From an uncultured Acidimicrobiales bacterium (GTDB lineage Bacteria; Actinomycetota; Actinomycetes; Mycobacteriales; QHCE01), in NCBI GenBank assembly GCA_963736285.1, contig CAVTOA010000003.1:925558-989557 (forward strand): 64,000 bases of DNA, given 5' to 3'. A program made the translations under genes and the position numbers. Shown one piece after another: positions 20,353 through 29,812 of the stretch. Below the pieces are notes generated by a model. The model searched no databases. It saw only the letters and a list, made by a program, of their open reading frames with translations, and had not been told where the DNA came from. Each line of letters starts with the position of its first letter. Within the stretch, counting starts at the first letter, position 1.

Positions 20353-21064
20353 GCTGTGTGACTCGGCTTTCTTCAGGTAACGGACGCAGCGCGGGTGCGA
20401 CAAATCGGTAGCCCACATGACGAACGGTGCCGATCATCGCCTCATGTTCGCTGCCGAGTTTGGCGCGCAACCGCCGCACATGGACATCGACGGTGCGAGT
20501 GCCGCCGAAGTAGTCGTAGCCCCAGACTTCCCGCAGGAGCTGCTCCCTGCTGTATACCCGGCCGGGGTGTTGCGCCAGGTACTTCAGGAGCTCGAATTCT
20601 TTGTAGGTCAGATCTAGCGGACGGCTGCGCACCCGCGCGGTATAGGTGTCGCCCTCGATGGTGAGGTCGCCGGCGCGGATCGTGTCGCTGGTGGTCTTCG
20701 CCTCGGCGACCCGATGCACTAGGCGAAGCCGGGCTGTTATCTCTGCTGGGCCGGCGGTGGTGAGTAAAAAGTCGTCAATGCCCCAGTCGGGCGAGATAGC
20801 TGCGAGACCGCCCTCGGTCACGATGGCGAACAGCGGAGCCCGCAGACCCGTGGTGTGAAGGAGTCGGCACAGCGATCGTGCGTCGGCGAGATCCTCTTTC
20901 GCGTCGACGAGTACCGCGTCGGGATTGGTCCGCTGTGCGTGGGGCAACGCGACATGCGCCTGCCGTGCGGCGCGCCGCACATGGTGATTCAGCAGCTCAA
21001 GAGCTGGGAGTAATTGACTCACTGCCGACGTCAGCGGTAGCGGCGTCAGCAGCAAGATCTCCAT
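20345..21064 (-). CDS. glnR: orphan OmpR-family response regulator GlnR
   Basis: Close match to remembered Rv0818: [46 protein letters not shown]. Confidence 0.85.
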   Translation of the reverse strand: MEILLLTPLPLTSAVSQLLPALELLNHHVRRAARQAHVALPHAQRTNPDAVLVDAKEDLADARSLCRLLHTTGLRAPLFAIVTEGGLAAISPDWGIDDFLLTTAGPAEITARLRLVHRVAEAKTTSDTIRAGDLTIEGDTYTARVRSRPLDLTYKEFELLKYLAQHPGRVYSREQLLREVWGYDYFGGTRTVDVHVRRLRAKLGSEHEAMIGTVRHVGYRFVAPALRPLPEESRVTQHG

Positions 21065-21161
21065 ATCGTCCGAGGATAAGGCTTGGCTGGCCGATATGCC
21101 CTAGGACGCGAGGGATGCTGGGGGCGGTCAGCTGCCGGGGCCGTTCTGGCACGATCGAGTA

Positions 21162-22112
21162 GTGCATAGTCGCAGGGACGATCGCAATCGAGACACCGAG
21201 CGGACCGAACAGTTCCACATGCGGGTCCAACGAAGCATCAACGACACCGCTGCTATCCCCGTGCTCCGAAAGTCGGGGCCGTGGTCGCCGCTCGTGGCAG
21301 CGGCGATAGCGCTTGGCGTGGGAGTAACGATGTCGCTGGGCGCGGTGTCGTTGCTGAGCTTCGCCTTTGTGGTGTTGCTCGTGCAGGCGGCGACCATTGT
21401 GGTGTGGTTGGCGGTAGTTGTGCCTCCGGCGCCAACGGTGCTGATCGCGTCCGGCGCCACCGCAGCGGTGTTGGCTGACGTATTGACGACATGGGTTACC
21501 ACTGCCTCGCTTACCGGTCTGGCGATCAGCGGTGCGGCCGGCTTCTTTGTGGCCATCGGAGGCCAGCTGTTGCTGGGCCAACGTCGGGAGCAAGTGACGG
21601 TGGCGTTGGCACAGTCGCTGACCCTGGTCGCCGTGGTTATCAGCACCGCTGCCGCGATAGTGGTGCGACGTCACTTTTATGGGCCCAAGCTGTTGTTGGC
21701 GGGCCTTGCTGCGGTGACGGTCGGATTAGTCGTCGCGAACCTGCTTGACCATTGGAAACAACACCCAGAGGTGCATCCGGCGGTTCCCCGAGGAATAGTC
21801 GGAGGCGCGGCTGGCGTGTTGGCGTCCACGTTGGTGTACCCGGCGGTATTGGAGATCACTAGGTGGAGTGGGTTCTCGGGCGTGGACGTTTTCGCCATCG
21901 CCAGCGCAGCCCTTGCCGGACTGGTAATCGGTGCGGTCGTGCTATTGGTCGACCTTGGCGTGGCGTATGAGCGAGCCGGACGACCGATGATGGAGCAACG
22001 AGGAGACGTTCATGGCTGGCAGAGGTGGACGGAGTTGGCGGTCGCGCCGCTGATCTCTGTTGCGACAAGTGGGGCTTTTATTTATACGGCAGCCGCGTTG
22101 TTGACCCGCTAG
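21162..22112 (+). CDS. polytopic membrane protein, function unknown
   Basis: 316-aa ORF with about 8 hydrophobic segments; start uncertain. Confidence 0.5.
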   Translation: MHSRRDDRNRDTERTEQFHMRVQRSINDTAAIPVLRKSGPWSPLVAAAIALGVGVTMSLGAVSLLSFAFVVLLVQAATIVVWLAVVVPPAPTVLIASGATAAVLADVLTTWVTTASLTGLAISGAAGFFVAIGGQLLLGQRREQVTVALAQSLTLVAVVISTAAAIVVRRHFYGPKLLLAGLAAVTVGLVVANLLDHWKQHPEVHPAVPRGIVGGAAGVLASTLVYPAVLEITRWSGFSGVDVFAIASAALAGLVIGAVVLLVDLGVAYERAGRPMMEQRGDVHGWQRWTELAVAPLISVATSGAFIYTAAALLTR

Positions 22113-22185
22113 CGTCGATGTTCCCGCCCCGAATCCTCCGGACCGAATGCCGGCAACCGCGCGCCAGGAAAGAAATGAGATAACC

Positions 22186-22956
22186 ATGACCGCGAACACT
22201 GACGGCTACGGTCGGGCTAGCAATCGCGCAACCCGACGCCGGCGTCGCTGGCCCTGGGTGTTGTTAATTGTTGCCGTGGTGCTCGCCGCGCTGTGTGTCG
22301 TGGTCGATCGGGCGTCAGCGAAAGTAGCGGAAAATAAACTGGTGCCGGTGGTGAGTAATGCGGCCCAAGATCAGGGATTTGATCCGAAACATACCTCTGT
22401 CGACATTCAGGGTTTTCCGTTTTTGTCTCAGGTAGCGCGGGGCGATCTGCGGTCCGTGCATGTCCATATGTCCGATGTGGAGACGAACTCGCTGACGGTG
22501 GACGCGCTCGATGCCACGTTTCATCAGATCAGTTTTCCCCGAGATATTCTCACCGGCTCGGATCCGCATGACGTGACCGCGCAACGTGCTAACGGTTATC
22601 TGGCGGTCGATCCCGCGCGCATCCAGCGGGCAGCGCAAATCGACGGGTTGTCTCTGTCTACCAAGAGCGACTCGTTACGCGCGACGCTACCTGTTACTTA
22701 TCAAGGCGTATCCGTCACTCTTGCGGGAAGGGTCGGTGCAAGCGTGGAGGGAAACCAAGTGGCGTTCTCGCTGCACGACGTTTCCGCTGGGGGCATCACG
22801 GTTCCCGCTCAAGTCGTGGAGCATTTCACCAGCGGCTTCCATCCGGTGCTCAATGTTCCGCACCTACCGTTCGACCTGAGCGTTGATCGTCTCGGTGCGG
22901 GAGATGGCAAGGCGAGGCTGTATGTGTCCGCTCGGGACGTGCCGCTCGTCCGCTAG
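22186..22956 (+). CDS. LmeA/DUF2993-family lipid-binding envelope protein (Rv0817c-like)
   Basis: Arg-rich N-terminus plus TM anchor (WPWVLLIVAVVLAAL), then DRASAKVAENKL...IQGFPFLSQ, typical of DUF2993. Confidence 0.7.
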   Translation: MTANTDGYGRASNRATRRRRRWPWVLLIVAVVLAALCVVVDRASAKVAENKLVPVVSNAAQDQGFDPKHTSVDIQGFPFLSQVARGDLRSVHVHMSDVETNSLTVDALDATFHQISFPRDILTGSDPHDVTAQRANGYLAVDPARIQRAAQIDGLSLSTKSDSLRATLPVTYQGVSVTLAGRVGASVEGNQVAFSLHDVSAGGITVPAQVVEHFTSGFHPVLNVPHLPFDLSVDRLGAGDGKARLYVSARDVPLVR

Positions 22957-23032
22957 TGAATACTGACGAAGTACTGACGAACGTAAGGATGTTGGCGCGC
23001 TCCCGCGCGCCCACCACCGAAAGGGGCTCCCG

Positions 23033-23392
23033 GTGCGGGCTCTCGTTATCAAGACCACTGCCGGAATGGATGCTCCAGAGCGCTGCTCGCAGGCGTTTAC
23101 GGTGGCTGTCACGGCGATGGCCGCCGGGGCGCAAGTGTCGCTATGGCTTACTGGAGAGTCGACCTGGTTTGCCGTGCCGGGTAGGGCTGAGGAGTTTGAA
23201 CTTCCGCATAGCGCCCCGTTGCCGGAGACCCTCAGCGCGCTGATAGCGGGGGCACAGGTCACAGTGTGTACCCAGTGCGCGGCGCGGCGGGGCATCGATT
23301 CGTCCACTGTGATCGATGGCGTCAGGATCGCTGGTGCGGCCACGTTCACTGAAGAAATTCTTGCCGACGACGTGCGGGCGTTAGTGTATTAG
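23033..23392 (+). CDS. DsrE-family sulfur-relay-like protein
   Basis: 119 aa; LVIKTTAG...CSQAF...VCTQCAARRGI pattern of DsrE/DsrF-like proteins; GTG start. Confidence 0.7.
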   Translation: MRALVIKTTAGMDAPERCSQAFTVAVTAMAAGAQVSLWLTGESTWFAVPGRAEEFELPHSAPLPETLSALIAGAQVTVCTQCAARRGIDSSTVIDGVRIAGAATFTEEILADDVRALVY

Positions 23393-23527
23393 TTCAGCAC
23401 CGCTGGCCGCCGTTCAACGCACCTATGTGGACGCGAAGAGCGGGAGACGAGGACAACGCGGCCAGGCGAAGTGCGGGAAAACGACGCAGGCTAGTACCCC
23501 TACCCACACAACCTCTAAGCTTGCCCG

Positions 23528-23665
23528 GTGTTCACGATCGTCTTCATGTGTCTGCTCGTTGCGGTGCTCGCCGCCGTCGCGTTTCTAGCTGGCTATGTCG
23601 CGTACAAGCTGTTTCTTCATATGCCAAGACAGCGCTATGACCGCTCTCGCTGGGGGACTCGATGA
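23528..23665 (+). CDS. candidate 45-aa single-TM micro-protein
   Basis: GTG 23528; (M)FTIVFMCLLVAVLAAVAFLAGYVAYKLFLHMPRQRYDRSRWGTR*. Its TGA overlaps the ATG of the next gene (ATGA at 23662-23665). Below the ORF-track cutoff. Confidence 0.3.
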   Translation: MFTIVFMCLLVAVLAAVAFLAGYVAYKLFLHMPRQRYDRSRWGTR

Positions 23666-24237
23666 CCAACAATCCTGGCTATCCTTTTATCGAGACCGAC
23701 GACCTACGAACAGGTCCTGACTTGCACCCCACCTTGCTGGGGCTGTTGCCGTTGGTTGGGCAATGGCGGGGCACGGGTAAGGGCGGGTATCCCAACTCCG
23801 ACGATTTCGAGTTCGCCCAAGAAATCCGTTTCAGTCACGATGGCCGGCCGTTTTTGGCATACGAGTCACGCATGTGGTTAATCGACGATGAGGGTCGTCC
23901 GATCCGTCCGTATGCCCGCGAGACGGGGTGGTGGCGTCCGGCGTTGGCGTCGCTCCAAGATGGAACCGTCCAAGAAGAACGCGACACTAACGAGCTCGAC
24001 GTGTTGGTGACCGACGCGAGCGGTGTCATCGAGCTCTATGCCGGCCAGATCGATGGCACCAAGTTCGAGCTATCGAGCGACTTTGTGGCACGTACCGCCC
24101 GCGCCAGTGAGGTAAGCGCGTTCCATCGGCTCTACGGAATCGTCGAGGGCGACCTGTTGTATGCGGTCGACAAAGCCGCAGATGGCCACCCGCTTACTCC
24201 GCATCTGTCCGCCCGGTTGACCCGCGTTGCCGGCTGA
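23662..24237 (+). CDS. FABP-like/nitrobindin-family beta-barrel protein (Rv0813c-like)
   Basis: LVGQWRGTGKGGYP motif and about 190 aa; synteny next to the Rv0812-like gene. Confidence 0.8.
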   Translation: MTNNPGYPFIETDDLRTGPDLHPTLLGLLPLVGQWRGTGKGGYPNSDDFEFAQEIRFSHDGRPFLAYESRMWLIDDEGRPIRPYARETGWWRPALASLQDGTVQEERDTNELDVLVTDASGVIELYAGQIDGTKFELSSDFVARTARASEVSAFHRLYGIVEGDLLYAVDKAADGHPLTPHLSARLTRVAG

Positions 24238-24303
24238 GTCGCGTATGGACACTCGTCGGCAAGGGCGGGCGGTGTCCGTGTCGCCTGCTGCGTCGACCGT
24301 CGA

Positions 24304-25194
24304 TTAACGGAATCCAAGGAGCGCGCTAAACGTTTCGGTGTGGGGCGAGACGGGCAGCGGCCTGCCGTCCAACTCCCGCACGGGCACGATCCCGCGCACG
24401 CTTGAGCAGAGCCAGACGCCGTCGCATTGGGGTAGCTCGTTGACGTGAATGGGCCGGTGCTCGGTGCGCAATCCGAGCTCGCCCGCCGCTTCAAACATGG
24501 CCGTCACCGTGATGCCAGGCAGAATGCCGAGGTCATGGGGGGTGGTTGCGAGGGTGTCTCCGGTGAGCCAGAACACGCTGGACGTGGGGCCTTCCAGCGC
24601 TACACCGTCCATTGTGGTCAGTAAGACTTCTTCGGCGTCTCGACCGGCTGCTTCGCGCAACGCGGCCATGTTCGCCGCGTAGGACAGTGACTTGACGCCG
24701 CCCAGCAACCAAGGTGCGCTTGCCCGGGCTTCGGCGGAGATCCCGATCGTCAAGCTGGCGACCCGCACACCGTCGCGGCGCGCGGCGGGAAATCCCGCCG
24801 GGAGCGGATACACCAACGCGTAAACGGTGGGGAGCCGATGCTGGTCGGGGATGTATTCGGGGCCACGGGAGCAGACCAGCTTGATGCCGGCCTCGACGTC
24901 GTCAGGCCATGCCGCGATCGCGGTGTGCACGAGTTCTGCCAACTGTGCTCGGCTTGGCGGCACGATGTGTAGTCGCTCGGTGGAACGTGCAAGTCGGTCG
25001 AGATGGTCTTGCAGCAGCCAGGCAGTGTTGCCACGAACATGCATGGTTTCGAATGCGCCGTCTCCACGAGTAGCTCCGAGGTCGTCTGCGCGCAGTACGG
25101 GGGTAGCTAGAGGCACGACCTTGGGGCGGAGCCGCTCCATGGTGGCGCCGTCAGCGGAGAGTGGCGCCAATATGGCCAATACTGGGGTAGTCAT
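24304..25194 (-). CDS. class IV aminotransferase (aminodeoxychorismate lyase / D-amino-acid transaminase-like, Rv0812-like)
   Basis: 296 aa; fold-type IV pattern (RGDGAFET, ...GILPGITV...); divergent from the ygfZ-like gene as in M. tuberculosis. Confidence 0.75.
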   Translation of the reverse strand: MTTPVLAILAPLSADGATMERLRPKVVPLATPVLRADDLGATRGDGAFETMHVRGNTAWLLQDHLDRLARSTERLHIVPPSRAQLAELVHTAIAAWPDDVEAGIKLVCSRGPEYIPDQHRLPTVYALVYPLPAGFPAARRDGVRVASLTIGISAEARASAPWLLGGVKSLSYAANMAALREAAGRDAEEVLLTTMDGVALEGPTSSVFWLTGDTLATTPHDLGILPGITVTAMFEAAGELGLRTEHRPIHVNELPQCDGVWLCSSVRGIVPVRELDGRPLPVSPHTETFSALLGFR

Positions 25195-25205
25195 CGCCCT
25201 ACCTT

Positions 25206-26249
25206 ATGTTGACTGCCTATCCTCGAATCATGCTTGCCATTGCTGAGGCCGTTGCGTCCGAGGGAAAAGACGCCGGTATTGCCGCGCATTATGGAGACCC
25301 CTTTCGGGAACAACGCACGTTGGCTGAGTCCGTGGGTGTTGTCGACCGCAGTAATCGCGGTGTGCTCACGGTTACCGGTGAAGACAGGCTCAGCTGGCTG
25401 CACACACTGACGACGCAACACCTGGAGAAGTTGCCGACGGGAAAAGGCACAGAGGCGCTGGTCCTTTCGCCCCATGGCCACATCGCCCGTCATCTGTTGA
25501 TATCCGAGTTGGCTGACGAGGGCGCTGGCACTACCTGGATCGATGTGGAGCCTGGCGCCAACGCCGAGCTTCTGTCCTTCTTGGACACAATGAGGTTCAT
25601 GCTGCGCGTGCACCCGAAAGACGTCACCGCAGAGTGGGCGCTGCTGTCGGTCCTTGGACCAGAAACGCCTCGTGCGCTGGCGGCATTGGGCGCCCACCCG
25701 ACAGAGCCGTATGACGTAGTGGCATTGCCGGACGGCGGATGGGTGCGGCGCATGCCGTGGCCGGCCAGCGACAACGCCGACGTGTTGGTGCCTCGGTCTG
25801 GTGTCGCGGCGGTCATCGATTTGTTGGCGGATGCCGGTGTTCCTGTCTGCGGCATGGAGGCATACGAGGCGCTGCGGGTTGCTGCCCGTCGCCCACGGCT
25901 AGGCCAGGAAACGGACCATCGCACCATCGTGCAAGAGCCAAATTGGCTGCCGACCGCAGTGCATCTCAACAAGGGTTGTTACCCCGGGCAAGAGACGGTG
26001 GCGAAGGTGCACAACGTGGGGCAGCCCCCGCGTCGCATGGCTCTGTTGCATTTGGACGGTTCGTCGGACGAGTTGCCGGCCCATGGCACTCCGGTTTTCC
26101 GCGACGAGCGTGAGATTGGTTTTGTCGGCACGGCGGTGCGTCACTACGAGTGGGGGAACATTGCGCTCGCGCTGGTAAAGCGGACAACGCCTGATGACGC
26201 CGAACTCATGGTCGCCGGTAGTCGCGCCGCAATCGACACCCCCGAGTAG
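25206..26249 (+). CDS. ygfZ: folate-binding YgfZ/CAF17-family protein
   Basis: KGCYPGQE signature plus GcvT-like N-terminal domain. Confidence 0.85.
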   Translation: MLTAYPRIMLAIAEAVASEGKDAGIAAHYGDPFREQRTLAESVGVVDRSNRGVLTVTGEDRLSWLHTLTTQHLEKLPTGKGTEALVLSPHGHIARHLLISELADEGAGTTWIDVEPGANAELLSFLDTMRFMLRVHPKDVTAEWALLSVLGPETPRALAALGAHPTEPYDVVALPDGGWVRRMPWPASDNADVLVPRSGVAAVIDLLADAGVPVCGMEAYEALRVAARRPRLGQETDHRTIVQEPNWLPTAVHLNKGCYPGQETVAKVHNVGQPPRRMALLHLDGSSDELPAHGTPVFRDEREIGFVGTAVRHYEWGNIALALVKRTTPDDAELMVAGSRAAIDTPE

Positions 26250-26310
26250 GGCGTTCCGTCGCCCAGCCCCGCGTTGCGTTGCTCATGCACCGTCGCGCCG
26301 CCGCGCACGT

Positions 26311-26332
26311 GATGCTTGCAAATGCAAGCATC
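26311..26332. promoter_or_regulatory. operator-like palindrome upstream of the XRE regulator
   Basis: GATGCTTGCA-AA-TGCAAGCATC: 10-bp perfect arms, 47 bp upstream of ATG 26379. Confidence 0.4.
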
Positions 26333-26378
26333 GACCTCTACGGTTGCAAGCGTGTCTACCGATCCTGATCTCCCCATC

Positions 26379-26831
26379 ATGCAGATGGTCGTCAGTGAGA
26401 TCGGTGAGTTCATTCGCGAGCAGCGACGAAACGCGCACGTGTCATTGCGGCAGCTGGCGCAAAAAGCCGGTGTGAGCAACCCTTATCTCAGCCAGATTGA
26501 GCGGGGGATTCGTAAACCCAGTGCAGAGGTCTTGAGCCAGATCGCGACTGCGTTGCGCATCTCGACGTCGGTCATGTTCTCGCGTGCAGGGCTTCTGCAA
26601 GCGCAGGAGGGCGCTGACGTCGCTACCGCGATTGCGGGCGACTCCGCGCTCACCCCGGAGCAAAAGCGGGTATTGATCGAGATCTACCAGCAGTTTCGAT
26701 CCACCACCCAAGCTCTCAGCGACCCGGGTGGTCCATTCGTTAATGGCGGCGAAGCGGCGCTCGGAGAGTTACGTCCCAAGGGCAAGTCACAGCCAAAGAG
26801 TCAGAAACAACCGATTGAGGAGCCGTCATGA
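26379..26831 (+). CDS. XRE-family HTH transcriptional regulator (Rv0474-like)
   Basis: LRQLAQKAGVSNPYLSQIERG HTH. Start moved to ATG 26379 (MQMVVSEIGEF...). 4-nt overlap with the next gene. Confidence 0.8.
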   Translation: MQMVVSEIGEFIREQRRNAHVSLRQLAQKAGVSNPYLSQIERGIRKPSAEVLSQIATALRISTSVMFSRAGLLQAQEGADVATAIAGDSALTPEQKRVLIEIYQQFRSTTQALSDPGGPFVNGGEAALGELRPKGKSQPKSQKQPIEEPS

Positions 26832-27460
26832 GTGAAAAAACTTTGCCGAGCCCGCTGTATGCAGCTGCTGCTGTCGGCGACCTCGTCGCCAAAAAACTGC
26901 AGAAATGGGGCCCGGAACTGCAGAAAAAAGCTGATGCGCTGCCAAAGGAAGCGCAGCGTCTTGCTGGGGAAGCGCCAGACACGCTCCGCCGTTGGGTGCG
27001 GACCGGGCAACAGCAGCTTGGTCGTTTCGCCACCGATATTCCCTCGTATGCTGCCCAGCTCCGGCAGTTCGCGCAGGCCAAGGCGGAGCGGGTTGACACT
27101 GATGCGATGCGTGAGAGAGCACGGGGTGTCCGTCAGAACATTGAGGTCAACGTCAAGGCTGTGGGCGGAAAGGCGCTGAGTCTCTACGGCGGCTTGGTCG
27201 CGCGAGGAAAAGCCCTCGTTGACGAACGGGATGCTAACGGCGCTGGTACCTCGTCTGTTTCAAAGCGGACCGTCGTAGCGCCGACAACACAAAAGCAACC
27301 TGTGAGCAAGACCACTGTTGCGTCGGGGAAGAAGAAGCCAACCAGTAAGGCAACGAAGCCAGCTAAGTCCGCGAAGTCTGTCGGTGTGAAGTCTGGCAAC
27401 GCTAGCAAGTCGACCAAGGCCGCCCGCCCGGCGGCTACGGAGCAAGACAATAAGGCATAA
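26828..27460 (+). CDS. HbhA-like coiled-coil protein with Lys-rich C-terminal tail
   Basis: N-terminal PLYAAAAVGDLV, helical middle, C-terminal KKKPTSKATKPAKSAKSVGVKSGNASKSTKAARPA. Position between the Rv0474-like and DUF2516 genes matches hbhA (Rv0475). Confidence 0.6.
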   Translation: MSEKTLPSPLYAAAAVGDLVAKKLQKWGPELQKKADALPKEAQRLAGEAPDTLRRWVRTGQQQLGRFATDIPSYAAQLRQFAQAKAERVDTDAMRERARGVRQNIEVNVKAVGGKALSLYGGLVARGKALVDERDANGAGTSSVSKRTVVAPTTQKQPVSKTTVASGKKKPTSKATKPAKSAKSVGVKSGNASKSTKAARPAATEQDNKA

Positions 27461-27470
27461 CGCATTAATC

Positions 27471-27500
27471 AGGGGCCGGCAGCAGCGGTTGCCGGCCCCT
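27471..27500 (+). terminator. GC-rich hairpin after the hbhA-like gene (no U-tract)
   Basis: AGGGGCCGGCA-gcagcggt-TGCCGGCCCCT: 11-bp perfect stem, 10 nt after the stop codon. Confidence 0.45.
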
Positions 27501-27563
27501 CGGCAGAATTCCACTAGCTCGGGCCGTTGGCAGGCGGGCGACGCGACTACATAGGCTGGTGCC

Positions 27564-27869
27564 ATGGCGACGTTGTGGGTCGATCCGATCATCACCACTA
27601 TCGATAGTGCAATCTTTGTGGTTTCGGTGGTGATCGATATTTGGGCGTTCATTCATTGCGCAACGCAGCGCTCCGACGCCTTCGATGCCGTAGGAACTAT
27701 GGCGAAGAACCGCTGGCTTCTTTTGATCGGTGGCACGTTCCTGCTGTCATTTTTCTTAATCTTTTTGAGCACGCTCTTTTCGTTGATCGCGCTTGCCGCG
27801 TCATTGATTTATCTGCTCGACGTCCGCCCCGCGATCCGAGACGTTATCAACGGCTCCTCAAACTGGTGA
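27564..27869 (+). CDS. DUF2516-family membrane protein (Rv0476-like)
   Basis: 101 aa, 3 hydrophobic segments, IDIWAFIHCATQR motif. Confidence 0.7.
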   Translation: MATLWVDPIITTIDSAIFVVSVVIDIWAFIHCATQRSDAFDAVGTMAKNRWLLLIGGTFLLSFFLIFLSTLFSLIALAASLIYLLDVRPAIRDVINGSSNW

Positions 27870-27918
27870 TTCAGCTTGGCCACAGTTAGTTCTGATGTGA
27901 CCAGGTAGTAGGTGGTGG

Positions 27919-28707
27919 CTACCGTGCGCGTAATGCCTGGATGAGCGCGGTCTCACCCTTAACCGTAAGCAGTGAGATGGGCACTCTGCCCCATACCGCG
28001 AGGAGTAGGTCGCTTGCGGTGCCTTGTGCGATAGCCGCTATTTCTGGTGCGTCGTCGAACCAGCCACCCGTGTCGAGCAAAGTGATGCCGTTGTCGCGAA
28101 TGCGTACGTCCCACGCTGCGTCGATGTCTGTTGCGGCGAGCCTGGCAACCCCGGTGACGTTAATGGGCTCGGCGATGCGTCCGACGGGCAAGAATGAGTC
28201 GAGAACTTCATCGACCCCGTCAACTGCGAGTTCTGGCGGATCGATCGGCTCGGGAAGGCCCAGCGCTGTTTGCACATCCCACCGATGGATTGATGTCTCG
28301 TGTGCCATGCGTCGGTGCCAAAAAGCAGCGGTCTGCTGCTGAGGGGACCAATTCCACGCGGGTGTCCCCGGATCGAGCGCTTCTAGAGTGGTGACTACAT
28401 CAGCGAAAGACTCATCCCACCATTCCAACACTGCTTCGCCGCTGGGCGGGACAGGCCGTTCCTCCTCAGGGCGTTTGCTGACGTCAGCTACTGCTTTGTT
28501 GAACGGAAAGCGGTATTTTCGGCCAAGGTGGCCGACTAAGTCGTGCACTGTCCAATCGGGACATGAAGGCACTGGCTTGTCGAGATCGGCGGGCGTGATC
28601 GCGGCGCGGAAAGCGCCGGCTTCGCGGCGTAGGGAGTCGATCCAAAAGTCTTTTGAGGGGCTCACGCCGCCAAGCCTAGAGCGTGGTCGGATCGAATGGG
28701 CGACCAT
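27919..28707 (-). CDS. maleylpyruvate-isomerase-family mycothiol-dependent enzyme (DinB fold)
   Basis: N-terminal WTVHDLVGHLG metal-site His motif; about 260 aa. Confidence 0.7.
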   Translation of the reverse strand: MVAHSIRPRSRLGGVSPSKDFWIDSLRREAGAFRAAITPADLDKPVPSCPDWTVHDLVGHLGRKYRFPFNKAVADVSKRPEEERPVPPSGEAVLEWWDESFADVVTTLEALDPGTPAWNWSPQQQTAAFWHRRMAHETSIHRWDVQTALGLPEPIDPPELAVDGVDEVLDSFLPVGRIAEPINVTGVARLAATDIDAAWDVRIRDNGITLLDTGGWFDDAPEIAAIAQGTASDLLLAVWGRVPISLLTVKGETALIQALRAR

Positions 28708-28720
28708 CTAGGGTCTAAGG

Positions 28721-29800
28721 GTGCTTCAAGAAACAAGAACACCGTTAGCTGCCCTCACGACGTTGAACATGGGCGGGCCGGCGAGCTCGGTCATCGAGGT
28801 CGCCACGCTCGAGGAGACGGTAGACGCGGTTCGGTCCATTGATGCGGCCGGGCAACCGCTTTTGCTGCTCGCGGGCGGCAGCAATGTGGTTATGTCGGAC
28901 GCGGGGTTTCCCGGCGTGGTGGTGCTATTGCGCTCGCGAGGGGTGGAGTGCGAGGCGCTGGCCGACCCCAACGCGGTGCTGGTGCGGGTTGCTGCTGGTC
29001 ACCCGTTTGACGAGCTAGTGGCGTATTGCGTTGACGCCGGTTTTGCCGGCTTGGAGTGTTTGTCTGGTGTCCCTGGTTCGGCTGGTGCCACCCCCATTCA
29101 GAACGTGGGCGCGTATGGCCAAGAGGTCGCCGAGGTGATTCGGTCGGTCACCGCGTATGACCGCACCATTGGTGAGGTGGTCGAGTTATCGCCGGAACAA
29201 TGCGCATTCACGTACCGGAACAGCATTTTTAAGCACAACGATCGCTATGTGGTGTTGAGAGTCGACTTTGTATTACGCCGCGACATGTACGGTGGCCCGC
29301 TTCGCTATGGCGAGCTCAGTCGTCGGTTGGGTGTCGGATCCGAGCGCGGTAAGTCGGACGGCAAAGCCCAGCTAGCGGACATTCGCGGCGCTGTCTTGGA
29401 GCTGCGCCGTGGCAAAGGCATGGTCATAGATCCGGAAGATCCAGATTCCCGCAGCGTGGGCTCGTTCTTCACTAATCCAGTGCTGAGCTCGGATGCCTGG
29501 ACTTCGTTGCAACAACGGGTTGCGGCGGAGCACCCCGCGCTCGATATTCCACATTGGACTCAAGAGGATGGCTCGGTCAAGATCCCCGCGGCATGGTTGG
29601 TGGAGCACGCTGGCTTCGCGAAGGGCTACCGGCGGGGCGGCGTGGCGATTTCGTCGAAGCACACGCTGGCGCTCATCAACTGTGGTGACGGCAGCCCCGC
29701 TGAGCTGCTCGAGCTGGCGCGCGAGATCCGCAACGGCGTGAGAGCCCAATATGAGGTGGAACTAATCAACGAACCGGTCCTCGTCGGCGAAAAGCTCTAA
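28721..29800 (+). CDS. murB: UDP-N-acetylenolpyruvoylglucosamine reductase
   Basis: FAD-binding PCMH domain (LLLAGGSNVV), GAYGQEV, C-terminal MurB domain; GTG start. Confidence 0.9.
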   Translation: MLQETRTPLAALTTLNMGGPASSVIEVATLEETVDAVRSIDAAGQPLLLLAGGSNVVMSDAGFPGVVVLLRSRGVECEALADPNAVLVRVAAGHPFDELVAYCVDAGFAGLECLSGVPGSAGATPIQNVGAYGQEVAEVIRSVTAYDRTIGEVVELSPEQCAFTYRNSIFKHNDRYVVLRVDFVLRRDMYGGPLRYGELSRRLGVGSERGKSDGKAQLADIRGAVLELRRGKGMVIDPEDPDSRSVGSFFTNPVLSSDAWTSLQQRVAAEHPALDIPHWTQEDGSVKIPAAWLVEHAGFAKGYRRGGVAISSKHTLALINCGDGSPAELLELAREIRNGVRAQYEVELINEPVLVGEKL

Positions 29801-29812
29801 CTAAGTGACCCG

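Noticed and set aside
20997-21674. 225-aa His/Arg/Gln-rich minus-strand ORF
   Set aside because: It is antisense to the polytopic membrane-protein gene 21162-22112. Its low-complexity basic composition is typical of shadow frames.
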